Shown: in pieces, positions 51,574-61,361 of the stretch
Layout: every line of letters starts with the position of its first letter
Numbering within the stretch: the stretch's first letter is position 1
Source of the DNA: an uncultured Candidatus Saccharibacteria bacterium
GTDB taxonomy: Bacteria; Patescibacteriota; Minisyncoccia; Phycocordibacterales; UBA918
NCBI GenBank assembly: GCA_964611205.1
Contig: CAZSZB010000002.1
Location: 10,609-74,608, forward strand
Length of the DNA stretch: 64,000 nt
Direction: 5' to 3'
Notes under the pieces: generated by a model
What the model was told of the DNA's origin: nothing
The model's database searches: none
Seen by the model: the letters and a program-made list of their open reading frames with translations, nothing else
Program-made: the position numbers and the translations under genes

Positions 51574-52791
51574 TTAAAGGCTGTTCTTTTCTATCAATTC
51601 TTTATAGATCCAAGCAGACGGTCGGATTTTTCGTTCTAAAGTCTCATAGTCGATTTCTACCAAACCAAATTTTTTCTCTATACCCAAAGCCCATTCATAA
51701 TTATCAATCAGTGACCAATACATATGACTACGAACATCCATACCTCTCTCTAGGGCTTTTTTAGTCGCTTCAACTTGCTTGGTTATGTAATCTGCTCGGT
51801 ATTTATCCTCCGCATCAGCTATTCCCGCCTCTGTAATATAAAGTGGTTTTTTATACCTCCACAATATCTGTAGTGCTCCATAAATTCCTTCTGGATAAAT
51901 ATCCCAATCCATATCAGTTTTCTTATAAATTTCCTTATCTCCAAATTTTTTATGGAAATAATAATTAAGGCCGATAGAATCACAGTACTTATATGTGCGT
52001 CGCATAAAAATATCAGTCCAGAAATAATTAGCTAAGCGAGCTTTTAAAATATTAAGAGGATTCCGGTTGGAGTGGAAATAAATAACATGCTTCACTACCC
52101 CTACATCGAGTCTAGGATTATTTTTCTTAATAGCCGTATAGGCTGCATTATGTGCCAATGCAAGATTCTTCATAACTCGCCAGTATAGGAATAATGGCTT
52201 GAGTCCTTTAGTAGATTCTGGCTCAAAAATCTTTCCTGAGTTTGTTATTGAGACCAGGTCGGTTAAGGCAAAGCGTTTAAATGGCGGCCAACTTCCCCGT
52301 AACCAACCATTGCTACCAAAAACATTAGGTTCATTAATGGTGGAGAAATTATGACAAAATTCTTCCAATGATGAAGCTACCTTACTACAATAGCGAGCAA
52401 AAATTTCTGGTGAATCTTTACGCTCAAAACCACCCGATTCTGAGAACCATAATGGGAGTGTAAAGTGCCAAAGAGTTACAAAGGGTTCTAAGTTACGAGC
52501 TCGGAGAGCTCGTAACACTTCTTTATAGTGCTCTAACTCAGCTTCATCGAACTCTCCTTCTCGAGGTTCTATTCTGGCCCACTCGATAGATATGCGATGG
52601 GCATTATGTCCCAGTTCTTTAGCGATATCAAAATCCTTTTCGTATAAATTATAATGATCTGCCAATCGTCCAGCCGGTGGCACTCTATCTTCTTTTGCCG
52701 CCTTAGCCCAATCAGTATTTTCAATATTACCTTCTACTTGGTAGGAGGCGGTGGCAGCGCCCCAATAAAAACCTTCCGGAAATTTTTTCAT
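51574..52791 (-). CDS. GH1 beta-glucosidase
   Basis: FPEGFYWGAATASYQVEG, TINEP, ITEAG, WSLIDNYEW; start ATG 52791. Confidence 0.95.
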   Translation of the reverse strand: MKKFPEGFYWGAATASYQVEGNIENTDWAKAAKEDRVPPAGRLADHYNLYEKDFDIAKELGHNAHRISIEWARIEPREGEFDEAELEHYKEVLRALRARNLEPFVTLWHFTLPLWFSESGGFERKDSPEIFARYCSKVASSLEEFCHNFSTINEPNVFGSNGWLRGSWPPFKRFALTDLVSITNSGKIFEPESTKGLKPLFLYWRVMKNLALAHNAAYTAIKKNNPRLDVGVVKHVIYFHSNRNPLNILKARLANYFWTDIFMRRTYKYCDSIGLNYYFHKKFGDKEIYKKTDMDWDIYPEGIYGALQILWRYKKPLYITEAGIADAEDKYRADYITKQVEATKKALERGMDVRSHMYWSLIDNYEWALGIEKKFGLVEIDYETLERKIRPSAWIYKELIEKNSL

Positions 52792-52841
52792 AGGCAAATT
52801 ATAGCAGAAATCCGCGCCCTGATGGTGGGCGCGGACTTGAT

Positions 52842-53306
52842 TCAAACGAAGGTTGCTTTACCAACCGAATCGACAAAGATCTTCATTTCTGAGTACCCCA
52901 AGATCAGGGGTTGGTCATGACCGTAAGGGTCATAAAAAGATGGTTTGCGAACCATCCCGTATTCGTTGACGGTGACCACCCAGAAAGGTTCAGGTCCCAC
53001 TCGCATAGCGAACAAGCGAGTTTTAAGCGGGAGCCAAGTTGTCATGGCCATTGCTTCCCCTTGGGGTTTGGACCAAAAGACACACGGGCGACATTCCAAG
53101 GGACCCAACGATGAAAGAAGAACCCATCTCTGATTTTTTCTCCAGTTGGGATCAACTTGTTTACTTGTATCGCGAACCAAGGGAATCTTCAACACATCAA
53201 GATCCTCAGCCGAAGAGAAAAGTAGAGGCGCCCGCCATCTTTTATGCAACCAGTCGTCTTCGGTCACGAAATTGAGGAACCGAGTAATAAGAGCATTTTT
53301 CATCAT
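52842..53306 (-). CDS. Orphan hypothetical protein
   Basis: 154-aa ORF, GGGAGAAGG upstream, higher GC than flanks. Confidence 0.55.
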   Translation of the reverse strand: MMKNALITRFLNFVTEDDWLHKRWRAPLLFSSAEDLDVLKIPLVRDTSKQVDPNWRKNQRWVLLSSLGPLECRPCVFWSKPQGEAMAMTTWLPLKTRLFAMRVGPEPFWVVTVNEYGMVRKPSFYDPYGHDQPLILGYSEMKIFVDSVGKATFV

Positions 53307-53352
53307 CCTTCTCCCTTTGGATGGGTTCTTTGCCTAAATTACAATACTTACA

Positions 53353-54078
53353 TTAAAAGTCAATGTTTTTAAAGCTTTCTGGAGCTAAATAGCTATACCA
53401 CTTCTGATAGAGTTTAGTTGTGGCAATAACATTTGCCATACTATGATGAGCGATATCAAGAAATTTCTTCTGCCGATAAAATTCCGGAACACTATTATTT
53501 TCGTTAATCTGTCTTGGGCTATCTATACCATAAGCGCGACAGAACATATGAAGTGAAGGCCGGCGACGCATAGCTCCATAAAAAGTTAACTGATCTTGCA
53601 AATCTACATGAGAAATATTCTGTTGTAATGATAAATAACGGCTATTCATCAGATTTTTAGTGGGGAGCAAATTGTGGACAAGCGAACGATGTAAGATGAA
53701 TGGAATAACAAACGATCGGCCACAGAAAGTAACAAAAGTATCATAACTTTTAGCACCTTCCCAAAAATCCTCCAAAATGTTTTTCTCGTTGCTTGCTTTA
53801 AGAACAAACTCATCGACCTTTTTGTTCTCAATCTTTCCTTCAGCAGTATAGTAAATCACTCCCTTTTTTCTCTCTAAGTCGTATAAACCTAACGTAATTA
53901 CTTTGCCCGTTAAGGGAGAAAAGCGTAAATTTTCTTTTACGTCTTTTATATGCTTTGCTCTATCAGACTCTCCCCTTTTTGACTGCTCAATCCAATATAT
54001 TAAATTATCTTGAGTTACTTCATCAATATCTTCCCAGTTTTCCCCAATCGTTTCAATACTGACTATCAAAGTTGCCAT
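53353..54078 (-). CDS. PolB-type 3'-5' exonuclease-like protein (degenerate active site)
   Basis: IETIG, FSPLTG, HVDLQDQLTFYG, SLH.FC..YGI.SP. Confidence 0.75.
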   Translation of the reverse strand: MATLIVSIETIGENWEDIDEVTQDNLIYWIEQSKRGESDRAKHIKDVKENLRFSPLTGKVITLGLYDLERKKGVIYYTAEGKIENKKVDEFVLKASNEKNILEDFWEGAKSYDTFVTFCGRSFVIPFILHRSLVHNLLPTKNLMNSRYLSLQQNISHVDLQDQLTFYGAMRRRPSLHMFCRAYGIDSPRQINENNSVPEFYRQKKFLDIAHHSMANVIATTKLYQKWYSYLAPESFKNIDF

Positions 54079-54080
54079 AT

Positions 54081-54839
54081 TTATTCACCGACAAAGTTCT
54101 GTGGTGTAGCTCGGTAACAGTTTAGAATCTTATTATTTTCGGAACTCAGATAATATCGATATTGTCCTGCCAACTCAACTCCACCACACTCATCTACAGT
54201 GCCTGAGTAATTTCCATAAACTGGAAAGCCGTCCCGAGCATAACCAACCAAATCACCAGCTGTCTTTGAACGATAAACTATTGCGTCAGAATTAAACAAT
54301 AAACCACCCGATACTGTGACTCCCACGATAGTATCTGACACACAAGTAGAATTCGCAGCTGGGGATGGGCGTAGAGGCAATAGTAAAAGGGTTTTAATAG
54401 AGTTAGTTGAGCCAACTACTTGTGCTTGGCTGTTGTCTAAATCCTCACCGGAAGTGATATGGACAACCTGTCTCACTCCTTCTGTTTCTCTAACCTTCAC
54501 TCCCTCTCTAGGCCAAGCTCTCGCTAAAGTTAAGTTGTCCCTTTCTGTACATTTTTCACCTGTATTAATAATCACCTCCTCCTCTATTTCTTCAGTTGGA
54601 GTAACGGCCATAACTATCTCTTCACCTTTAATAGCTTCTCTCAAATGAGCAATGGTTGAATTCCTATCAATTTTTGGTTCTTCATAAATCACTGCCTTAG
54701 TCGATATTTCTTGGTTATCAAAAATAACCTCAGCTAAAGTGTTAGCTGCTTTAGTGTCTCTATCTAAAGTAAACATTATTGCTAATAGCAAAAATATAAC
54801 TACTAGTACAAACAATAATAAGTCTTTTGTGTTGAGCAT
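54081..54839 (-). CDS. Membrane-anchored protein with YHYH-like C-terminal domain
   Basis: VGYARDGFPVYG, DECGG, YRYY, NCYRATP. Confidence 0.6.
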   Translation of the reverse strand: MLNTKDLLLFVLVVIFLLLAIMFTLDRDTKAANTLAEVIFDNQEISTKAVIYEEPKIDRNSTIAHLREAIKGEEIVMAVTPTEEIEEEVIINTGEKCTERDNLTLARAWPREGVKVRETEGVRQVVHITSGEDLDNSQAQVVGSTNSIKTLLLLPLRPSPAANSTCVSDTIVGVTVSGGLLFNSDAIVYRSKTAGDLVGYARDGFPVYGNYSGTVDECGGVELAGQYRYYLSSENNKILNCYRATPQNFVGE

Positions 54840-54856
54840 AGATGGTTACATAATAC

Positions 54857-54889
54857 CAAAGGCCGGCGAGCTTCGCTCGCCGGCCTTTG
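54857..54889. terminator. GC-rich hairpin terminator
   Basis: CAAAGGCCGGCGAGC-TTC-GCTCGCCGGCCTTTG. Confidence 0.75.
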
Positions 54890-54898
54890 TATAAACAA

Positions 54899-56233
54899 TT
54901 ATTTTTTCTTAGTAACTTTTTTAGTTTCTCTAGTTACTTTTTTGGCCGCCGCCACGCCACGTCTATTATTTACTTTAATGTTTATCATCTGCTCGATTCT
55001 TCTAATATCAGCCAGGAGTTGTGAACGCTCACTGTTATATAGGAACAGAGTGAAAATTGCTCGCCCACCATTACGTGAAAAAACAGCTCGATCTCCTACT
55101 TTTTTGTTAACTATAATTTTTTCAAACGAATTAAGCGATTCAATCTTTTTTATACCTTTTGTTTCAGTTATTATTCCTTCTTTGCCAGCGAAATATTTCA
55201 TATAAGCTGCAAAGCCTTTACACTTTTTAGGAATGACTACTTTGCGTGGTATTCTCACCGCAATATCATTCATATTGTGATTGATGTCACAGCTCATCTT
55301 ATGAAGAACGTCTCGAGCACCGCCAGCTCGGGGACCAATTTCTATAATTTTCCAATCATCATCAACTTTCATCAACTCAACATGAGTTGTGGTACTTCGT
55401 AAACCTAGCGCGTGAATGGCTGTCTCAGCAACTGATTCAGCTTTTTCAACAGTAGTTTTTTTAAGAGCAGTCGGAGTAATCTGTAAGTAGTTATAGAAAT
55501 CATCATGACCTATTTCCCGGGCTGTTTTCTGCCTGACTAAAGGACAGTGTTTTACCACACCTCTCGAATCGACGTATGAATCAAGTGAATAAAGGTCTCC
55601 TTCTAAAAACTCTTCCGCTATGACCTTCGGTATTTCTTTGCGCTCATCTTTATCATAAGCTACTTTCAATTTTCTAAACAAAGTTCGCAGAGTCTTGTCT
55701 AGCTCATCTTCATGATAGCAAATGGTCACAAACAAACTTCCGGCTAAACTAGCTGGCTTTACAATCATCGGAAATCGTACCTTATCGATAACTCGTTTTC
55801 GTTCATCTTTAGTGTTGCTTTTTACCCAAGTGAACCGCGGTGTATTTTTAGAGTCATACAAATTTAGACGTTTACGCATTTCATACTTATCAGTTGCCCA
55901 AGCTAACGATTCGGTAGATGGCGTTCGAAGATATGGCACATGAGGTAAGACCTGGATGAATCGAGCTATGTGTTGTTCATAGCGACAAGTAACAGCTAGT
56001 AACTCATCCTTGTAGGGCAACAGAGCCTGAGCAATCTTCCAAGGCTTAGAAAAATCACACTCTACAACAATATCGTAATCAGGTGTTTCAGTTGGTTTCT
56101 TCAGACGGGAATCACGAATATTCATTATTCTATAATGTTTGTCATTAGACTTGGCATAAGCACGGACATCGTCAATCACAGCCTGACGAGTACCCATTAC
56201 ATACAATATTATGTTTTTAGGATTCTTTTCCAT
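54899..56233 (-). CDS. ATP-grasp protein (L-amino acid ligase-like)
   Basis: TDKYEMR, FPMIVKP, EEFLEG, HVE..IIEIGPR.GG. Confidence 0.85.
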   Translation of the reverse strand: MEKNPKNIILYVMGTRQAVIDDVRAYAKSNDKHYRIMNIRDSRLKKPTETPDYDIVVECDFSKPWKIAQALLPYKDELLAVTCRYEQHIARFIQVLPHVPYLRTPSTESLAWATDKYEMRKRLNLYDSKNTPRFTWVKSNTKDERKRVIDKVRFPMIVKPASLAGSLFVTICYHEDELDKTLRTLFRKLKVAYDKDERKEIPKVIAEEFLEGDLYSLDSYVDSRGVVKHCPLVRQKTAREIGHDDFYNYLQITPTALKKTTVEKAESVAETAIHALGLRSTTTHVELMKVDDDWKIIEIGPRAGGARDVLHKMSCDINHNMNDIAVRIPRKVVIPKKCKGFAAYMKYFAGKEGIITETKGIKKIESLNSFEKIIVNKKVGDRAVFSRNGGRAIFTLFLYNSERSQLLADIRRIEQMINIKVNNRRGVAAAKKVTRETKKVTKKK

Positions 56234-56396
56234 TATTTAAAAAAATATAACCTGATAAATTAATGCAAATCAGGCCTTTAGATGAAAAGCATACTATAAA
56301 AAACCGTTTTGTATAGACCGCAACACAGCACAGAGAAAAATCAACTCTTGACAAGAAAAAACATCTATCCGATTTTATATGCTATAACTACCTACT

Positions 56397-57290
56397 ATGC
56401 GACATACTAAATATAGAATTGGTGTTCTGACTAACCTTCTGGGCCCCTCCATGAACGACCTTATGGCTATGGCTGATAAAAATGGAGTAGTTTTTGAGCA
56501 AATCAGTTATCCAGCCATTCCTTTGGCCGGTTTTCACAGTAGCGAACTAATTAGACACATTTGTTCTTATGACATTGTTTATTATCGGACTGGTATGCAA
56601 GGCTCAGTCATTACCGAATTAGCTAAAATCTTAGAAGAAAAGAATATTCCCTGCATAAACGGTACTTTAACTCATCCTTTTATTCATAAAAAAATCCGCC
56701 AAGCTCTCATTGCTGATAGATATAATATTTTACAGCCCAAAAGCTTTGTGATGAACAGTTTAAATTATGAAGATATCTCTTCTGTTTTAGGTCCAAGCTT
56801 TGTCGTAAAACCTGATATCGGATCTAAAGGTATAGATGTAACCCTCATAAACTCAAAGACAGAGCTAGATACCTTTATCACAACAAAAACTAAAAAAGTT
56901 TATCTTTGCCAAGAATATTTGGACAATGCCGAAGAGTATCGTGTCTATGTAGTAGGTCAAAAAGGAGTAGCGACCTACAAGAAAATCTCCCACGGAAGCG
57001 ATTTTCGAGCTAACTTACACGCTGGAGGCAGTATGGAGGAAACTGAAGTGAAGATGAACAAACCCTTGATTAAATTTGGAGAAGAAATAGCTCAGCACTT
57101 TGGAGTTGATATCTGTGGGATAGATATCTTAGTTAAGAATGATCAGCTCTATTTCTTAGAACTAAACTTACAGCCCGGTTGGGAAAATTTAGAAGAAATA
57201 ACTGGTACTAATTTATGCCGAGAAACAATTCAGTACACCCTTGATCGTGCTCACAAGAGTAAGCCTTGGTATAAGAGACTGGGAAAATAA
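56397..57290 (+). CDS. RimK-like ATP-grasp ligase
   Basis: VVKPDIGSKG, QEY, EYRVYV, FRANLHAGG, GIDIL, LELN.QPGW. Confidence 0.88.
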   Translation: MRHTKYRIGVLTNLLGPSMNDLMAMADKNGVVFEQISYPAIPLAGFHSSELIRHICSYDIVYYRTGMQGSVITELAKILEEKNIPCINGTLTHPFIHKKIRQALIADRYNILQPKSFVMNSLNYEDISSVLGPSFVVKPDIGSKGIDVTLINSKTELDTFITTKTKKVYLCQEYLDNAEEYRVYVVGQKGVATYKKISHGSDFRANLHAGGSMEETEVKMNKPLIKFGEEIAQHFGVDICGIDILVKNDQLYFLELNLQPGWENLEEITGTNLCRETIQYTLDRAHKSKPWYKRLGK

Positions 57291-57291
57291 A

Positions 57292-57978
57292 TTAAATACC
57301 AAATTCTATTACTCCTTTGTTGTCGCTATTCTCAGGCGTTTCAGTAGTACCATTAACTGCCACCTCAATCTGATCTCTAAAATCCTGAAGACTTTCGATA
57401 ACCATCGGTTCACCGTTTAAAAAGAAAGTAGGTGTACCAGAAAGGCCTAGAACACGGGCTTCTTCAAATTCTGCCTTTACTTTATCTTCTAAAATAGAAG
57501 ATTTCAGGTGTCTTTTAAACAGATCTGTATCAAGACCTAAGTCCTCTGCATACTGGATAAAGTAAGTCCGTGCACTAACCGGACTAGATGACCACTGCGT
57601 TTGGTTTTCAAACAATTTATTAGCCATAGCAAAAAACTCTCCTTGTTGTCCGGCTGCTTCAGCTGCTACGGCTGCCGGTATAGCGTGTGGGTGAATAGAA
57701 ATAAGAGGAAAATGCTTATATTCAAATCTAATATTCTCTCCGTAGGTTGCAATAACATCTTCCACAATCGGCTGGAATTGAGCACAAGCGGGACACTGAA
57801 AGTCACTGTATTCAATGAGAGTGACAGCAGCGTTTGGGTTACCTAATATATGTTCTGATAAAACCACTCCCTCATTAGCACTCTTCTTTGACACACTTGC
57901 GGCATAGAAAGCACCTACCATAAGGAGTACGGCTGTAGCAATTATTATCTTCCAACTATGTTTTTTCAATGTTTTCAT
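57292..57978 (-). CDS. DsbA family thiol-disulfide oxidoreductase
   Basis: YSDFQCPAC, HFPL, GTPTFF. Confidence 0.93.
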   Translation of the reverse strand: MKTLKKHSWKIIIATAVLLMVGAFYAASVSKKSANEGVVLSEHILGNPNAAVTLIEYSDFQCPACAQFQPIVEDVIATYGENIRFEYKHFPLISIHPHAIPAAVAAEAAGQQGEFFAMANKLFENQTQWSSSPVSARTYFIQYAEDLGLDTDLFKRHLKSSILEDKVKAEFEEARVLGLSGTPTFFLNGEPMVIESLQDFRDQIEVAVNGTTETPENSDNKGVIEFGI

Positions 57979-58067
57979 ATTTTATATTGATTGATTATCC
58001 TAAATATATCATAAATCCGTACCCTAAACAGCAACTAGAGACCCGGTCTCTATATATCCTTTCGTGT

Positions 58068-58268
58068 TTATAAACTATTTAATAATGAAGCGTATTCATT
58101 AATAGCTTTAGGAACAATAAATAACAAAGCGGCTAAAGGCAAAACAAACATTATTGCTGTTACCCAAACCGTGATAGTTATATATTTTCTGGTCTTCTCT
58201 ACAGAAGCTAAAATGGTATCAATTTTTTCCTCTAAGATCTGTAACTTCTCCTGAGTTGTTTGCTCCAT
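58068..58268 (-). CDS. Small membrane protein
   Basis: Coiled N-terminus (SVEKTRKY) plus TM. Confidence 0.75.
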   Translation of the reverse strand: MEQTTQEKLQILEEKIDTILASVEKTRKYITITVWVTAIMFVLPLAALLFIVPKAINEYASLLNSL

Positions 58269-58273
58269 ACTGT

Positions 58274-59242
58274 TTATTCTTTTACTACATTAGGCGGTGT
58301 TTCGTCATTAAAGAAAGCAATAATATTTTGCGCTGCCATCTCAGACATCTTGTTCCTAGTTTCTTCACTAGCAGAGGCGATATGTGGAGTAACGACAACA
58401 TTATCGAGCTCATTAAGACCTGGTGCTAGAGCCGGTTCATTTTCATAAACATCTAGACCTGCCCCCTTAATAGTTTTGTTACGTAAAGCTTCTACTAAAG
58501 CAGCTTCATCTATTACCGGACCACGAGAAGTGTTGATCAAATAAGCCGAAGGTTTCATCATTGATAAACGCTCTGTGTTTATCAGGTGATGAGTCGAATC
58601 TAGTAATGGCACATGGACTGACACTATGTCAGCTTCTTGTAATACAGCCTCTACTGTATCTCTATATTCTGCTCCAAAAGCTTCAATATGCTCCCTTGGT
58701 TTAATATCATAGTAAACAACCCGCATATTGAACCCTTTTACCAACCTTTCTGCTACACCAGTACCAATTCGTCCCGCACCTAATATACCAAGTGTCTTAC
58801 CCTTAAGATCACTACCGAGCAAGAGTTCTGGAGCCCAAGCTTCATACTTACCAGCACGTGTAAACCGATCAGCTTCGGGAATCCGTTTAGCTACAGACAA
58901 TATTAAGGAAACCGCGTACTCCGCTACAGTATCTGTTAGAACGTCCGGAGTATTGGTCACCACTACCTCACTTAACTTAGCCCCTTCTATATTTATATTG
59001 TTAAACCCAACTGCATAATTAGCCACTATCTTAACGTTTGGAGCAGCTGTAAAAACCTCTTTATCTATCTGATCAGTAAGAAGACTCAGGACAGCGTCAT
59101 AGGGTTTCTTACTAAGTGCAGTGAGTAATTCTTCTTTTGATAAAACTCCATCTTTTTCACTAATATCTACTTCATGCCCAGCAGCAGTTAAAAGACTAAG
59201 TCCTACTTCTGGTATTTTCCTAGTTACAAATATTTTAGCCAT
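58274..59242 (-). CDS. D-2-hydroxyacid (glyoxylate/D-glycerate) dehydrogenase
   Basis: AVGFNNI, GAGRIG, INTSRG, DVYENEP, TPHIAS. Confidence 0.93.
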   Translation of the reverse strand: MAKIFVTRKIPEVGLSLLTAAGHEVDISEKDGVLSKEELLTALSKKPYDAVLSLLTDQIDKEVFTAAPNVKIVANYAVGFNNINIEGAKLSEVVVTNTPDVLTDTVAEYAVSLILSVAKRIPEADRFTRAGKYEAWAPELLLGSDLKGKTLGILGAGRIGTGVAERLVKGFNMRVVYYDIKPREHIEAFGAEYRDTVEAVLQEADIVSVHVPLLDSTHHLINTERLSMMKPSAYLINTSRGPVIDEAALVEALRNKTIKGAGLDVYENEPALAPGLNELDNVVVTPHIASASEETRNKMSEMAAQNIIAFFNDETPPNVVKE

Positions 59243-59271
59243 GTCAGAATTATAACAGACTGCGATAGAAC

Positions 59272-59307
59272 AAAAAGCACGGCGGCCCTGGGGCCGCCGT
59301 GCTTTTT
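59272..59307. terminator. Intrinsic terminator
   Basis: AAAAAGCACGGCGGCCC-TG-GGGCCGCCGTGCTTTTT. Confidence 0.8.
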
Positions 59308-59318
59308 AAAACCGACTA

Positions 59319-59714
59319 TTACTCAGTGGTCACTCCGTCGAAATGCTCTTCTTTTTCATCTGCCTTGGTGGCTTGGACAGTACCATCTTTATGTTCTGGT
59401 GGAGAATAAAGAGTATATAACTTAAGAGGTTTATCACCAGTGTTGATTACGTTATGAGCTACACCAGCTGGAACTATTACAATAAAATCATCCTCCAGCT
59501 TATGTTCTTCAACCTTGTTAAGCACTACTTTAGCCTCCCCTTCTTCTACACGAATGAATTGATCGTGTCCATCATGAACTTCTTCTCCAATTTCATCACC
59601 GGGAGCAATGTTCATTACTACCAACTGCATATTTGCTCCAGTGTACAAAACTCGACGATAGTCGTTGTTATTTTCTGTCTCTTCTTCAATGTTTACAATG
59701 TATCCTTTTTTCAT
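59319..59714 (-). CDS. Cupin domain protein
   Basis: IGEEVH..HDQF.RVEEG, VPAGVAHNV, YSPPEH. Confidence 0.92.
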   Translation of the reverse strand: MKKGYIVNIEEETENNNDYRRVLYTGANMQLVVMNIAPGDEIGEEVHDGHDQFIRVEEGEAKVVLNKVEEHKLEDDFIVIVPAGVAHNVINTGDKPLKLYTLYSPPEHKDGTVQATKADEKEEHFDGVTTE

Positions 59715-59779
59715 AATTGATATTTAGTTTATGGATATAACTACATTATAACACTTATCCCAATATATAAATTTTCCTC

Positions 59780-59864
59780 TATACCTTAGTCAGACTAAGG
59801 TATAAAAAAAATTAAAAGTTAAGAAATTAGGCCTAAATTAAGATACCTTAGTCTGACTAAGGTA
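59780..59864. promoter_or_regulatory. Pair of 21-bp palindromes TACCTTAGTC-W-GACTAAGGTA
   Basis: Copies at 59782-59802 and 59844-59864, upstream of cupin -10 box. Confidence 0.6.
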
Positions 59865-59875
59865 AGAAAGAGTAA

Positions 59876-59912
59876 AAAAACAAAGTACGGGTAGACCCCG
59901 TACTTTGTTTTT
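59876..59912. terminator. Intrinsic terminator
   Basis: AAAAACAAAGTACGGG-TAGAC-CCCGTACTTTGTTTTT. Confidence 0.8.
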
Positions 59913-59936
59913 AGACAATCTTTGCCTTACAGATTT

Positions 59937-60683
59937 CTATTCACCCTGAAGGTGGAATAAATACTTTACGTTTACCCCTGCTTCAGTCATTTCTCCCTTT
60001 ACAACCACTTTAGAGGCTTCAGTAAATTGATCTGGACTACAAGCGATTTCGGTTCCACCTTCTTCAACACACTTACTAGAGGCATCAAAGAAAAGTGGAG
60101 CGGTGTGACCCATTACACCATCCTCTTCAAAAACTAAATGCCAGTATTTAGAATCAAGTGGTGGTGGTACGCTTTTTAGAAGATAACCATCCTTCTCGAA
60201 ACTGTATTCTCTATCTGGAGCAGTTTCACCACTGAGACATTCAATTTTTGAAATCTGCCATTCCCCATCTACAGCTGTTAGTGACATAATAGTCTGTTCT
60301 GGAGCTGCAGTTTTACCGATCCTTCCTAACACCTGAACTTGAGCTTTATTATCTTTGGTAAACAACAACTTTGCTCGAATAGCATCTGGAACACCAGCCT
60401 GACACAATACAGGATCCATTTCCGAGTCCTTATTTTCTTCCAAGTAAGCTTTCACTTCTTCTGAAAGTACAGAATCTTTAGCTAATCCTGTCTCATACGG
60501 AGTTGAACTGCTTGTAACAGCTTCTATCCAAGAATTATAAAAGTTCAAAACGGCGTCTTCAGGAGCCTGATCCGGTATTTTTGTTGAGTTATCATTTGTC
60601 TTATTGCCAACCAGTGACCACACAACCAATACAATAACTACAACAATTACCGCCAAACCTATAATTTTATATTTTGTCTGCAT
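59937..60683 (-). CDS. Membrane-anchored hypothetical protein (DUF3828/NTF2-like N-domain)
   Basis: N-terminal TM, FYNSW, DPVLCQ, GEWQISKIEC. Confidence 0.7.
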   Translation of the reverse strand: MQTKYKIIGLAVIVVVIVLVVWSLVGNKTNDNSTKIPDQAPEDAVLNFYNSWIEAVTSSSTPYETGLAKDSVLSEEVKAYLEENKDSEMDPVLCQAGVPDAIRAKLLFTKDNKAQVQVLGRIGKTAAPEQTIMSLTAVDGEWQISKIECLSGETAPDREYSFEKDGYLLKSVPPPLDSKYWHLVFEEDGVMGHTAPLFFDASSKCVEEGGTEIACSPDQFTEASKVVVKGEMTEAGVNVKYLFHLQGE

Positions 60684-60795
60684 AAATAAATATTACTTAA
60701 ATTTACTGATAAGAATAACACATTATTCTTAAAATAATACTTCTAGTTCACGTTATAACCAGCATTATATCTACACAGAAATAATATAGGAGAAA

Positions 60796-61140
60796 TTAAA
60801 CATTATCCTGCTCCTCTAAACTTTCACGAGCTTCATAAGGTTCTACGTCGCGATTCATAACGATTAACTTCACTATCCCCCAAGCTGCTACCCAGTAGAC
60901 AATCATCGCCAACACAGAGCTTATTTCTAGGACACTCCCACCGACTGCCGGAGTACCGAAAACATACTGGAAAGGGGCTATGAAGATATTGGACGTTGCA
61001 TAAATGAACTGGGTAAATCCTGCTCCAGAATTTGCTGCTAATAATTTCAATATTATTCTAAAGGCTATCAGCGCTTCGATAACGTAGAATACATACCAAA
61101 TAAATCTAGTGATACGATACATCTGTTCTTCTTTAGTCAT
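60796..61140 (-). CDS. YggT-like membrane protein
   Basis: FRIILKLLAAN, APF..VF, LAMIVY. Confidence 0.8.
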   Translation of the reverse strand: MTKEEQMYRITRFIWYVFYVIEALIAFRIILKLLAANSGAGFTQFIYATSNIFIAPFQYVFGTPAVGGSVLEISSVLAMIVYWVAAWGIVKLIVMNRDVEPYEARESLEEQDNV

Positions 61141-61176
61141 ATTTTAATAATTATTTAATAAAATTTGAAATAATTG

Positions 61177-61341
61177 TTAGTTTGATTCCCTATCATTATT
61201 GTCTTGAGTAGGAATATTTAATTCAACATTGAGACCAGCATCGTTTTCTGGCTGATTATTCTTAAAGAACCAAACTATTCCGAACGCTATAAGACCAAGA
61301 ATCAAAATTAGTATTACAGTGTTCATGCTTGAATTGTTCAT
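61177..61341 (-). CDS. Small single-TM protein (54 aa; not in ORF track)
   Basis: MNNSSMNTVILILILGLIAFGIVWFFKNNQPENDAGLNVELNIPTQDNNDRESN*. Confidence 0.65.
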   Translation of the reverse strand: MNNSSMNTVILILILGLIAFGIVWFFKNNQPENDAGLNVELNIPTQDNNDRESN

Positions 61342-61361
61342 AATAATTTATTATCTATTAA

